Part shown: positions 11,975-24,711 of the stretch, in pieces
Layout: each line of letters opens with the position of its first letter
Numbering within the stretch: position 1 is the stretch's first letter
Source of the DNA: Podarcis cretensis
Taxonomy: Eukaryota
DNA length: 64,000 nucleotides
Direction: 5' to 3'
Assembly (NCBI GenBank): GCA_951804945.1
Contig: OX638154.1
Span: 68,262,001-68,326,000, forward strand
Notes under the pieces: generated by a model
Databases searched by the model: none
Seen by the model: only the letters and a program-made list of their open reading frames with translations
Told to the model about the DNA's origin: nothing
Position numbers and translations under genes: made by a program

Positions 11975-13809
11975 GTACGGGAAGCTGCCTTCGGGGGCAC
12001 GAGAGAGTGTTTGGTTTTGTTTTGGCGCGAAGGTCGGCCTGAGAGGCGGGCGTTTTGGCGCGTAGTGAGGCGACGGAGCCCCAGGGGGGACGGTCGCGAG
12101 GGAGAGCTCTCTCCCTCGACAAACAAGAGGTTCCCTTTGGCTTGACCTTGTCCAACTTGACTTGTATTTTGTCCTTAATTCGGTCTTCCTGTGGCAGGAG
12201 AGAGGGAGGGCTAGCAACCCCTCTCCGTCCCCCATGGATTTAAAAAAAAATTTTTTTTTTTTGGCACAGTGGAAATTCCTTTTTCTACCCCCTCTTCTCT
12301 CCACCAGTCAGCGCGATCTGTTTCATGTCTCCTCAGACGCTCGAATTTCTCTGTCGTTCTTCTCTCGCTCCCCCCCCACCCACCCGTTGCAGGGCTTTAG
12401 TTTCCCTTGATGTCCGAAGAGCAACAGTTGGCGCACATTCTTGTCTAGACTAGAAACGGGTTTTATTTGGAAGAACATTCTGGGGGCTTCGCTGTGGGTC
12501 CCTTTGCAGCTTCTGAGTTGGTCGGGCTTGTTGTGCATTTACAGCCCTGAAGAAGCAGGCTGTTGCTTGTGTGGCACCGCGGGAACAGCCTAATAAATCC
12601 ATTTCCAACCAGGGCCCTCTTCTATTCTGAAACAAAACTCCCTTGGACATACCGCAACGCTCAAAATCCAGAGCCAGCAGCTCTCTCACATATATATATA
12701 TATATTTAATGGAATGGCAGTTGAATGCAACTTTCCCAGGGCGAGGGGTGGGTTGTGGAAGGGAGTTGAACTAAGTCCTGGAGAGAACATCTTGGATTAA
12801 TGCAGGTGCCTTTTCTGCTTTCCCGATGTCAGAAACCTTTTGCTGAAAGGTGTGGAACTGATCAGTGGCTAAGGAGATGACAACTAGGAATAAGGTGCTG
12901 AGCTAATATTAGAGCAAGGGGGTGGCGGCAGCAGCAGCAGTAGCGATAGTGTCGCCAGATAAGTGGGTGGGTGATCTCTAAACCCGGCTCAGCAAACCTT
13001 TCTTGCTCCTGTCGTTTGTTCGTCTTGTAGTAGTGATTTTGCCTTGCTTTGTGCTAATGAGATGTGAGAAAGCTGGTCTGGGTGACACTGATAATCTTCA
13101 TAATTCATTAAAAGTTGCTCCTCAAAGTCTCAAGTGTTTTAGCTGCTTGTATCCACTGCATAGCCTTATTCCATGCTGAAATGTACAGAGATATAATCAT
13201 AAATGGAGAGGCAAAAGGTTAATTGGTCAGTGGAACCAAAGAAAACCTAAACTAGAAAGCCCAAAACTTCTTGTTTAGGAGATATATCTTTTACAAGTGA
13301 ATCAGGGGTGTAAGGTTTGTGCATAAAATATCAGCTGATTTTAGGTAGAATATTTTGAATTTAAGACTTTTTGAATAAGAGGGGTGTGCTACGAGTGTAT
13401 GCACCTTTATGAATGCTTAACAGACTGCTTTCAGAAATACTTTTTCTAGTTGCATTAAAAAATATACTAGATTTGGTGCTAAACAGAAATATTCATTTTG
13501 TTTTGTGTGCCGAGATATCTTCAACCATACGTTCTATTAAACGAGGTGGGGGAGCAAGCGTGGTTGCCTTTTATTTTATATCATCATGTAGCTGATCTAT
13601 TTTACTAAATGAAACCTATTTTTCATTGTGACACTTCTCAAAGCTCTGGTGGTATTTTATCGCAAGGAGGTCTGTGTGAATGCCAGCCCAACTGGAGCAG
13701 TTTCTCTGTAAAACCCTAAATGTATATATATGCAAGTAATGGTCAGTATTATTATGTGAATGGCAAAGTGCACAATCAGATCTGACCTCTGCAATGAACC
13801 TACTAAAGC

Positions 13810-14100
13810 AGCCTTTTCCAACCAGCTGCCCTCTAGATGTTTTGGACTACAATTCCCATCATCCAGGGTTCACCTGAGACATTTTGACATCAGAGGCGGA
13901 TCACAAATTGGCATGAGAAGGAGTGAGTTGAAATCTACGTCAAGAACAAGGAAGGAATAAAGATCTACATCAGGATCTGATGCCCATGTGGATCCTGCCA
14001 CCTGAGGCAGTTGCCTCATCTTGCCTCTTGGGTGGGATGGCCCTGCCACCATTGGCTGTTCTGTCTGGGACTGGTGGAAACTGTGGTCTAAAACATCTGC
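13810..14100. mobile_element. Palindromic hAT-type MITE interrupted by a second hAT-like element (about 13864-14045)
   Basis: The arms agatgttttggactacaattcccatc and gaaactgtggtctaaaacatctg are separated by caggg...ccctg, with a degenerate 8-bp TSD ccatcatc/ccaccatt. Confidence 0.55.
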
Positions 14101-14399
14101 ACTGTATTTCAGTACCGTCCATGCTGACTAGAGATGCCTTTCCAGGGTTTCAGACAGGGTTACTCCCAGCTCTACCTAGAGACCCTGAGGATTGAATTTG
14201 AGATCTTTTGCACATAAATAACATGTTCTGCCACTGAGCTATGATTCTCCCTCATGTAGCCTGCCTGACATCTGGTTTCTGTGCAGGCCCAACTGTCATC
14301 GACATCAAATACACTTACAGGTTCCTGATAGGCAGTTTTGGGATTTAAAGGAAAATGCCATTTTATTTTAATTAGTGTGTATTTATGCGTACCTAGAAT

Positions 14400-14929
14400 C
14401 AGTGGCGTAGCGTGGGTTGTCAGCACCCGGGGCAAGGCATGTAATTTGCGCCCCCTAACCCTGGATTTAAGGGACGCAGGTGGCGCTGTGGGTTAAAGCC
14501 TCAGCGCCTAGGACTTGCCGATCGAAAGGTCGGCGGTTCGAATCCCTGCGGCGGGGTGCGCTCCCGCTGCTCGGGCCCAGCGCCTGCCAACCTAGCAGTT
14601 CGAAAGCACCTCCGGGTGCAAGTAGATAAATAGGGACCGCTTACCAGTGGGAAGGTAAACGGCGTTTCCGTGTGCGGCTCTGGCTCGCCAGAGCAGCGAT
14701 GTCACGCTGGCCACGTGACCCGGAAGTGTCTCCGGACAGCGCTGGCCCCTGGCCTCTTAAGTGAGATGGGCGCACAACCCCAGAGTCTGTCAAGACTGGC
14801 CCGTACGGGCAGGGGTACCTTTACCTTTAACCCTGGATTTGCGCCCCCTAACCCTATCCCTAACCCTAACCCCCAGATGTTGCGCCCGGTGCGGCCGGCA
14901 CCCCCTGCACCCCCCACGCTACGCCACTG
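14400..14929. mobile_element. Non-autonomous hAT element (host of a nested SINE)
   Basis: TIR cagtggcgtagcgtggg...cccacgctacgccactg; perfect 8-bp TSD cctagaat at 14392-14399 and 14930-14937. Confidence 0.92.
14469..14827 (+). mobile_element. Sauria SINE, full length
   Basis: tRNA-derived head (gggacgcaggtggcgctgtgggttaa...ggttcgaatccc), (ACCTTT)n tail, 13-bp TSD taaccctggattt at 14456-14468 and 14828-14840. Confidence 0.93.
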
Positions 14930-15048
14930 CCTAGAATATCTTCCAAGTATGTAGAAGCCATTACCTTATTTTTGGCTTCCCCATTTCACTTCCACACTGA
15001 TAAGTGCTCAACCACATAAGGGAACCTGCAACAAAATGTTTCAGTGTA

Positions 15049-15290
15049 CAGTGGTACCTCGGATTAAGTACTTCATTCGTTCCGGAGGTCTGTACTTAAC
15101 CTGAAACTGTTCTTAACCTGAAGCACTACCTTAGCTAATGGGGCCTCCTGCTTTTGCCGCGCCACCGGAGCACAATTTCTGTTCTCATCCTGAAGCAAAG
15201 TTCTTAACCTGAAGCACTATTTATGGGTTAGCGGAGTCTGTAACCTGAAGTGTATGTAACCTGAAGTGTATGTAACCCGAGGTACCACTG
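15049..15290. mobile_element. Tc1/mariner (Tigger-like) MITE
   Basis: ta|cagtggtacctcgg...ccgaggtaccactg|ta; same family as 7176-7411. Confidence 0.9.
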
Positions 15291-15299
15291 TATCTTCAC

Positions 15300-16130
15300 C
15301 TCCATGTCACCAAGGTTAACTGGCCCTCAAGTGACAATGCTGGATCCAGGACTCCCCAAAGACCTCATCCACAACAGACTGCATACTCACTTCCTGAACA
15401 TGGGAACCACCTACCTGCAGTACATCCATCTTGTCAGGATCCAGCCTTGGTTTATTGGCCTTCATTGAGCCCATTACCAAACCCAGGCACCAGTCCAGCA
15501 CCTACGTAGCCTCACATGACTCAGATGACAAACAGACCTGTGTTTCAATGATACACTGATGACAGCTCACTCCAAATCTTCTGATGACCTTACTAAGCAG
15601 TTTCATCTACATGTTGAAGAGCATGGGAGTCACGATGAATAATACATTGCAGGACTTCACAGCACAGCTGTTGGGGCTCAAGCAGAAGTCCCCCAATGTT
15701 ACTTTCTAAAAATGATTCAGGAAGTAGGAATTAAGTTACCATATCAGCATGCCTGCAACTCCCATTACACAGAATCGATCCAGCAAGATACCATGATTGA
15801 TAGCATCAAAAACCTTGGAGAGATCCAGGAGAATCAGCAGGTTTTGTTCTCCCTATCTCTCTCCATACACCATCAGAGGACCAAGGGTTGTTTCAGTTCC
15901 AGCCAGCCCTGAACATGGATGAAACAGGCCACCATCTTCTCAGGCACCTTGTCCCTAAAAGGGGATATCAGTGACTAGGTGATAGTTGTTAGTCTCGTGA
16001 ATCCAAATAGGGCTTCTTAAGGAACAGCTATGCTACAGCTCCCAGCACCTTCACACAAAGAAGAATCCATGACCACATGAACCCACCCAGTCAATCCCCT
16101 CCAGATAGTTCTGATCAAGAGCAATCCTGT
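15300..16130 (-). mobile_element. Degenerate L2/CR1-group LINE reverse-transcriptase fragment
   Basis: Minus-strand MKANKPRLDPDKMDVLQV resembles the conserved NKLKLNPDKTE motif. Boundaries approximate. Confidence 0.65.
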
Positions 16131-17782
16131 TTTGAACTAGGTAAAATAGTTTATTATAACAGTTTATTTGCAGTTGTTATGTGAATTTTTAAACTGAATG
16201 TATTCTGGTTTAACTGCAATAAGGCACCAGGACTAGGGTGGTAATCTGAAATCCAAGTTTTGAGGAGGGACTGAAAAGGAAATCAACAATAGTAGTTGCA
16301 TTCCAAGAATAAGGGGCAACATGGAAAAATGGCTAGCATCATTTAAGGGAACTGGAGACCTTTGGACAGCTGCTGGTGGGTATAAATGTATAGGACTGCT
16401 TGTACTATTTATTTTATTTTTAAGAAAGCAGTGCCCCCATGCCATATGGCATATTGCTTTTGAAACTGAAGGGAATGATAACAACCAGCTTTTTTATTAT
16501 GATGCAGAGTTCAAAGGCAAAAAGGAGAGAGTAGAACATTCTTCTGACTGCAGAAACTCTCTTGTATGACCCAAGCAGCTCTTTGAATCCTGGCCTAAGA
16601 TTTATTTTTTTAATAGGACTATTCAAAGCAGATACGAAGTGGTGTTTCTAAAAATGTTATAAAGTGACCCATAAATTTGGGGTGGGGGTGCCGAGGAAGT
16701 TAACATTGTTCTTCAGTACCTTGGAGCACGTTGTTTCCGACGCCTGTTCCAAATTGTTGGTATCCTGGGAATCTTCCTTTGATCCCAATGGTGGCAGCTA
16801 TTGGTTAACTTGACATCTGCAAATCACTACTGGAATGAAAACTGCTAGGCTTTGCACATTCATATTTCGTTCATATGCTAGGCAATGAAGCTGGTTTCAT
16901 TGTTTTCTGTGTTTGCGGTTTTACTGGTAGCAGTGGATGAGCATTTTTGTCCTTTGTGCAGCCTCCTCTTCTTGAAATCATAAAATAATGCAACATCACT
17001 GTTTGTAGATTCTGATGAGAAAATAAAAAGGGGTGAGATGGTGTGGTGATGTGTGATGACTTCCACATATGGATGTGGAAAAAGTAATTCAGTTAACAAG
17101 ATCAAGGAAGATGTTTTGGAACAATGTGCTCCTTTTTCTAATTTATGTGCTGCAAGTTTTCAGTGAAATGGAAACTGGCAGCTATTGTCCAGAACATGCT
17201 GTTAAGGACTTTTTTTCTTTCTTTTTTAAAAGTAGACATACGTATAATGACTGGACAACTACCACAACCTAAACCCTGAAATAAAGTAAAACTCAATGAG
17301 AAATGTAATGTTGAATATAAAATTCAGCTCTGTGAAGCCTTTGAAAAGTTCAAGAGATCACATGGAAATTGTACAAAGCAGCCAGCAAGCTTCAAAAAAA
17401 AGTGACCAGACTGGTGGAGTGATGGGGAATTAATGATTTTGAGGCAACTCTGTCCACTTGCTGACATAAGCTCTATTTCTACAGCCTTGCATGGTATAAT
17501 GCAAGGATCAGGAACATGCAGTCCTCCAGATGTTGCTGGATTAAATCTTCCAGCATCCTTGATCATTAGCAACGCTGGCTGGGGACTGGATTCCAACAGG
17601 TTCCCCATCAACAAAATGTCAGTCATGCTCAGTAACTCCCTAGTCTACCCTGCCTGGTGCTTTTCTTCTTAGATGTATCTTTGAGTGTTTGTCTAAAATG
17701 CCATTTTGTCGTTGGCTCATATGGATCTGCCCTGTTTATGGCTTGAAGATAATACCTGGTGTCCAAGGTCTTTGTTCTAGAG

Positions 17783-18039
17783 CAGGCATGTTCAACACGT
17801 ATATTGTGATCTACTGGTAGATTGTGGGGTGTTCCTGGTAGATCTTTGGCCCCTCAGTGATCTCCTCCTCCCCCCAAGAAGGAGAAAAACAACAACTGTG
17901 GTTCCTAAAAAGCTCAAGAACTTTGGCTTCCTAAAGAAAGCTCAGCAACTTTGGTCCATTCAACGACAATGGGTAGATCACTGCCAGTTTTTTTTATACT
18001 GTAAGTAGATTGCAGCCTATTGGGAGTTGGATGTCCCTG
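17783..18039. mobile_element. hAT (Charlie-like) MITE
   Basis: caggcatg...gatgtccctg ends with 8-bp TSD ttctagag/ctctagag (nTCTAGAn target). Confidence 0.75.
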
Positions 18040-19080
18040 CTCTAGAGAGTATCCCCCCCATATATTTTGATTCCATCCCTATTCCCACATAAGATCAACA
18101 ACATTCTGTAGCTTGACTGTGGATTAGACATGAGCTACTTCTGAATTGTGGAGGATTACAACTTTTTACTCTGGTCAACAGAGTGTGGTTTGCCTGAATA
18201 TTTTTTTATATTTCAATGTGCTTTAAGAATAAAGTGATTTTGAAAAGTGAAAGAAAGAAATGAGGAAATGGGGTAGGGTTCCTAATTAAGTAACTATCCT
18301 TACCTATTTTTTTACAAACTTGTAATTCAGGTCTTGTTATATCTGCACACGTTGCCAGGTGTTCAGGCAGTGTTATTTGCCAGAAGTGCTTGTTCTCACT
18401 TGTGTTGAAACAAGAATACTGGTACGTTTTGTTTCACATGTCGATCCTTTCTGTGAAGATCTATTTCTGTTATTGGTGTGCTATTGAACTGTTGCAATAG
18501 GCTTTACTTCCTACAGGATGACCATTTGACTGCATCTTGATGTTATTATGTAGAGCTGACATGTCCTCTTCCCCCTGAAGTACTATGCAAGCTATAGCTT
18601 GAGGAACAACCCACAAGAAGGGTTAAAATGGTAAATCAAGAGAAGGAGAGCACCCAAGGCATGCATTTTGCAGATGTCAGAGCACATAGTCTCTTACTTT
18701 TTAAAGACTGTGCAGAAAAATAGCTTATGGTTATTTAAGTTTATGATTTTAAAAAATATATATTTGGTTATATCCTCCATGTGCACACATGCAGAATGTT
18801 ATGTTTTTATTTTCCTTTTTTTAAAAAAATGGTTTTGACTGTCAAAATCTTCAGCAAGAAGTATATAGCCCTGATTATTATTTTTTACTATCAACTGCAT
18901 TCCCACAATGATGTGTTTATGTGCATGCAAACACATCCATGCAAGGGCACCCAACTAGCACCCAACAGCAGCAATTGTATCAGTGTTGCCTCTGTCCCTC
19001 TACTTGTACATACAGGCATTACATCAGCACACCTGTTCTGTAAGAGGAAGTTTTGCCTGCTGTACTCTCATCACTTAGAA

Positions 19081-19329
19081 CTTTTTCAGCCCAGGGCCAG
19101 TTCACTGTCCCTCAGACCTTGTGGGGGGTCCGGACTATATTTTGAAGGGGGGGAAATGAATGAATTCCTATGCCCCACAAATAACCCACCCCACCCCACA
19201 AATGCATTTTAAATAAAAGGGCACATTCTACTCATGTAAAAACACGCTGATTCCCGGACTGTCCGTGGGCCAGATTTAGAAGGCCATTCGGCTGGATCCG
19301 GCTCCCGGGCCTTAGTTTGCCTACCCATG
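19081..19329. mobile_element. hAT MITE lacking its left TIR
   Basis: Right end tttgcctacccatg; 8-bp TSD acttagaa at 19073-19080 and 19330-19337. Confidence 0.75.
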
Positions 19330-21970
19330 ACTTAGAATCACTAAGTATTAACCTTACTGAGTCTGGCAGAGGGGGCAAGAGCAGCCTCATCTGCTGAGAG
19401 ACCTTCTGCTATTCTAGAGCAGCTAGCAGGAAGAAAGTAAATGATAGCTCCATTAGCTTATTGAGCTGCCATTAGTCTTTTTAACAGCCAGAAGATCCTA
19501 CATCTATTTGTCACCTATGTAACACATACATGACAAATATGAAATGTTGTATCAAATAATAGACTTTTCATAAATCAGATTATTAATGTCTAGTGAATCT
19601 ACCATATGCTATACTGAAGAGGTTATCAATATTGTCAAACTGCCCCTGCCTTTTCAGGCATGTACTATTTGGACAGGCCTTCACAATATGAATTTATCTT
19701 TTTAGCCAACAAGTATCTATGCATTTCCCCCACATTTTAAATTATTTGATACATATTTATGGGCTGATTTTATCATATCAGTTGTAAGTTGTCTTGATGT
19801 ACTTAATGTGGACTATAAATTCCTGTATGTAATTATGCATGTGGGTACATGAATGCATACAAAGAGTTTTGTGAATAGAGCTTTTTCCCAGCTATTATTA
19901 AAAGCAAAGTTGCTATCATAGAAATGGCTGTCAGCACCTTACATGCATAGCCTGCTCATGTATCCACATTCAGAAGCATGTTGAATAGTTGAGCTGCATG
20001 GCCAGAAAATGGTGAAGAGGTTATTCCAGCAAATAATATAAAATTCAAATACTCCCCTCCTTTTTTGGAAAAAAAGAAGTATGTGCTATAGAATTTTCAG
20101 AAAAGAGATATATGTTCAAAATGTTTCTATTGTATAGAAAACATATATTTGGAGACAGTGCGAGTAGAGAACCAATGATAACTTTGAATAGTAAAACAAT
20201 GCAACAGCTCGCATGTGGCACTTCTTAAACTCTGACTCCTGGCTACTTATCTGTTTAAGAGTGGCACTCATCATGTGCCCCTTTTCCAATGGGTAATGAT
20301 GTTAACAAAATAATAGTGCTTAAATGCCATAAACATTGCTTCTTGACTTTTTATGGTTGCCATGACAGTGCAATTGGAATGCTAGTCCTTACCCCCAATT
20401 TTCTTCCAAAATGGGTTTTGATGGAGTATACTCTCCATAGTACTCTGGCTGCAGCCCATATAAAGCTGTTTCTGTATATTGCTGGCATAAAACTGTGGTC
20501 ACTTACTTTGGCCTAGGAAGCAAGACAGGGTTGGAAAAACTTGTTTTCTACATAGTGTTAAAGGATTAAGGGAGTGCCTGCCTGCATACCTGCCTTCAAA
20601 CTTCTGTCCCTTTAAGAGAAGCAAACTGCATATGTATAAATATGCATTATTTAAAATCCAATTGATAGTTTCCTAATGGATAAACAACTTGGGGGTGGCA
20701 GCAATGGAGTGGGGGAAAGATGAAGGGAGTTTAACTCCTTCTATCCCTATCCACTATTATCTTCCCAAGCAGCTTGTATCTCACATCGCCACCTGCATTT
20801 TGGACCAGCTGCATTTTCTGGATGGTCTTCAATGGCAGCCCCATGTAGGCTACACCATAGTAGCCTAATCTGGAGCATGAAATGTTGGTCTGGTTTCTCC
20901 TCCCATGTGTGCAGCTAGTGTATAAGGCAAAACTGGTAAAAAGCGTTCTTTGGCAACTGTTTCAATCTAGCCATTTAGAAATTGGGCTAGATCCAGATTG
21001 AAAACAGGCTGTTGCAGGAAGTCCAGCCCTGCCCAGAACAGGCTGTACACCTTATTCCTGTCCAAAAGCGTCTCTCTCTTGTATGGATTTAGCTTCTTAG
21101 TAAGTGAAATGATAAATACATACAAGCCACCATGTGCTAACACTCCACATCTGCTAGCAAGTGACTCTCCCAAGGCAAAATTACTTCATTCATGCCAGGG
21201 AAGTAATTTCAACTACAAGAATGTGGGAACCAGAGGCCATTAGCTTGGTCCCTTGTAGCAGATATTAGGCTTCTTTGAAGCTTTTGCAGACGGCCAATCT
21301 CTTCTCATTTTCCCTCTTAACAATTTATGTGAAGGCTTAATCAGGACGCAGGTTTTACTGTGGTAATATAACGGGCTAGAAGAAGGAATGGGGGAAATAT
21401 TAGAAGAATCTGAGATTGAGCTCATCTGCATATGTGTGGTTCGTTCCTGAGCTAATGTGGTTTAGTGGTTAGAGGGTTTGAACAGGACTGAACGGGCCAA
21501 GGCCACTTTCTCTCTCTCAGCCTAACTTACATAGCAGGTTTGTTGTGAGGATAAAACAGGGAAATGTACCATGCATGATACCTTGTTTTCCTTGGAGGAA
21601 AGGATATTCTGATATAAACAGAATAACACTTCTATGTGGGTATGAGGCCTTAATGTTTTATAAGACATGTTTACAGGCTTCCAGTCTCACTGGAAATGTA
21701 AATGCACAGTTTGAATTTACTGGGAGGCAGAGGACTCAAGGACCCCACTTTATTCTCTACTGGGATAGATCCTGCAGGGACTTGGTTCTTGAGTACTTAG
21801 AGAGGGAGAAGGAGAGAGGGAGAGAGGGAGAGAACCACCACTACCCTCCTTAGTAATGTTTTCATATATATCAACCAAGTGAGGTCACATCTCCATTTTT
21901 TCCTTACAAAGGTAAAGCCTGGACACATCCATTTTTGCACACTGCTGCTGCTAGGTCACAGAAAGTAGCC

Positions 21971-21997
21971 ATGAATGACGTTGCACAGAAGACAGAG
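21971..21997 (+). CDS. NEXN: Nexilin exon 2 coding part, MNDVAQKTE (exon 21912-21997)
   Basis: gccATG start, donor GAG|gtatgt, acceptor ttacaaag|G at 21911/21912; resembles the nexilin N-terminus MNDISQKAE. Confidence 0.92.
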
Positions 21998-22672
21998 GTA
22001 TGTATGGTGGTATGAAGGGGGAAGTACAAACAATAAACTCTGGCATTATTATAGTAGCTTAAATTAAATAATATAATATAACCAAGAGTCTTAGACCCTT
22101 GATTCTCATCATGTGAAGTCAGCACCTGTAGGGTGATGGGATCGTTGTCAGGGAATGCACACGTCTTAGGGCTCTGCATATTTTCACTCTGTCCAGAAAA
22201 CTGTGTGAGTTCACATGCACAAGGGAAAAAGGCATGCACAGATCATCATCTACTGCTACTGAATGAATGGGGAAGCCACATTTGATAGGATTTCCATTTG
22301 TCGCACAAACTGTCCCTAAGATGTACATCTGACTTCTAGCCCAAGAATTGTGTGTGTGTGTGTAATCCTAAAGCAAAAATTGTAGAGTATTTCAGTTTAA
22401 AACAGTACAATTGTCAAACTGTGAAGTTGTTCTGTGGCATTAAAATAAATGGAAAGTAAAGAGAGGGAAAATCTACACTATCCAGGCAAAAAGTCTGGTT
22501 CAATTAGCAATTGTGTTGTTTTTTTAATAACAAGTTTTTCTAGACATGACTGTGATCCATCTGTTATTGGAAGCTTTAAGTTTAGGTTTAATACAAAAGC
22601 AACTTCATGAGAGCTTCCTATACCTGTGCAAAAGAAAGAGTCTGTTTTTCTCTTTAAAAATAAACATTGTAA

Positions 22673-23050
<378 letters not shown>

Positions 23051-23212
23051 TAAAAATAACTTGCCAACTTCTACACTGCAGTACAAATAAATATACCTTG
23101 ATCCAGCTATATAAACTATTTTATAACCTTGCATAAACTCTCTAGATTTATTTACGTTTTAAATCCTTCAAAAAAACAAGTGAAAATTTATGTTTCTCAT
23201 TCATTATTTCAG

Positions 23213-23288
23213 ATGATAGAACTACTTGCTTCTGATGACGAGGAAGAAAAGTCTAAAGTTGAGAAAGCTTATGTTCCAAAACTAACAG
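23213..23288 (+). CDS. NEXN: Nexilin exon 4, MIELLASDDEEEKSKVEKAYVPKLT(G)
   Basis: ttcag|ATG...ACAG|gtaaga, 76 nt, phase 0/1. Confidence 0.95.
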
Positions 23289-23349
23289 GTAAGAATTAAG
23301 AGTTAAAGTCTATTTTGCAAGAGATTGGACCTCTGTCACCTATCCTTTG

Positions 23350-23700
23350 GTAACAGCTCATTTTGATTACTGCAACACTCTGTGGGGCTGCCAACTTTTA
23401 AGAAGTTCTGCAGCTGTGGGTAGTACAGAATGCTGTGGCTTGCCTCCTGACAGGGATAGGAGGGCACAAAGAATGTATCTGACCAACTGCATTGGCTGTC
23501 TTCATGCTTCCTTCCAGGACCAATAAAAAATGCTGGCGATCATCTCTAAAGCTTTCTATGGTCTACGGCCTTGAGGAACTCCATTAAGCCCCCAGTCAAC
23601 ACATTCCTGCCTCCTTCCTTAGGAGGTGTGTTGCTCTGCATTCTATCTTAGATAAATCTACAAAAGCAAGGCGCACTGTGGTGCTGCCTATGCTCTAGAG
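23350..23700 (+). mobile_element. Degenerate L2 LINE fragment
   Basis: ttgattactgcaac...gtagtacagaatgc corresponds to the L2 motifs LDYCN and LVQN. Confidence 0.6.
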
Positions 23701-23724
23701 CAGCGATGGGTTAACCTTTTTCCT

Positions 23725-24240
23725 CCCGCAATAATATTTATTTATTAAGTTTCCAACAAATACAATACATACTGTAAAACCAATAAAACAAAAATAGAGA
23801 AAAAGGAAAGAAAAAGAAAAAAGGCATAAAACAAATAACCAAAAATATAACCACAAACAAACAATAAAAATTAATTAGTTAACTAAGTTTCCAACTTCAT
23901 GAACATATTACTTGACTTCCTCTAATCTCTTCCATCTGAATTTCCTTGTAACTGAATGTAGCAGTTTTCCAATATCATTATTGAAAAAACAATATTCCGA
24001 TTATTATCAATTTTTTTAACTTTCCTTAACATTCTATATTTCATTTATTTAATTTATCCTAATTTAATCCTAGGCCTGTTTAGTACTTTCAAGTAACTAC
24101 TAATCTTTAATATTACAATATTTATTCAAATAATCTTTAAATTTCTTCCAGTCTTCTTGATATTCCTCTTCTTTCTGGTCGCAGATTCTCCCAGTGAGAT
24201 AAGCCAGCTCCATAAAGTCCATCATCTTCATCTGCCTGGA
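23725..24240 (-). mobile_element. L1-clade LINE 3' fragment
   Basis: Minus strand reads KMMDFMELAYLTGRICDQKEEEYQEDWKKFKDYLNKY...*, then an AT-rich UTR. Perfect 14-bp TSD ttaacctttttcct at 23711-23724 and 24241-24254. Confidence 0.8.
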
Positions 24241-24562
24241 TTAACCTTTTTCCTATGAAGGGCAATTGACCCATGGTGAAAGTCATTCAGGAGCGTTACA
24301 GCACCACATGGCTGTATAATACGCTTTCTGTGTGCCATCCCATCTCTCGACCACATGAAAATTACGCCAAGGACAGTAGCATGTCCCCCACAAGCTGCAA
24401 GTTCCCTATCCAAGCTCTAAACTATGCTTCTGTTCAACTTGCTACCTCCTCCTTCGCATTTCTAAACAAATATATTTATGCTAATGAAAACTAGTGTTTT
24501 ACGAATGATGGATTGTCAGGTGATAAACTGAGCTGTTCGTTTTTCCCTTTTGTTTTGCATAG

Positions 24563-24711
24563 GGACTGTCAAAGGGAAGTTTGCAGAAATGGAAAAGCAG
24601 AGGCAGGAGGAAGAAAGGAAAAGAATGGAAGAGGAAAGGAAGCGGAGGATTGAACAAGACATGATAGAGAAAAGGAAAATTCAGAGAGAACTAGCAAAGA
24701 AAGCACAAGAG
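24563..24711 (+). CDS. NEXN: Nexilin exon 5, (G)[14 protein letters not shown]...ELAKKAQE
   Basis: catag|GG...GAG|gtaggc, 149 nt, phase 1/0. Confidence 0.96.

Larger units (their letters stand above)
11420..12380. promoter_or_regulatory. NEXN: CpG island, NEXN promoter and first exon region
   Basis: Sharp rise in GC and CpG content. Motif cluster: TATA/MEF2-like GTATTTATAG 11568-11577, CTAAAATAACCC from 11596, E-box CAGCTG 11702-11707, MCAT TGGAATG 11728-11734, CArG-like ACTTTTATGG 11757-11766. Confidence 0.85.

Noticed and set aside
11351-12304. 317-aa minus-strand ORF over the NEXN promoter
   Set aside because: Low-complexity translation of a GC-rich CpG island and trinucleotide repeats, where stops are rare; no recognisable domain. 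An antisense lncRNA (as with human NEXN-AS1) is possible but cannot be shown from sequence.
14470-14560. tRNA-like A/B boxes (also at about 62080-62165)
   Set aside because: These are the tRNA-derived heads of Sauria SINEs, not tRNA genes.
15100-15280. Short repeated taacctgaag units resembling a CRISPR-like array
   Set aside because: Subterminal repeats of a mariner MITE with irregular spacing, in a vertebrate genome with no cas genes.
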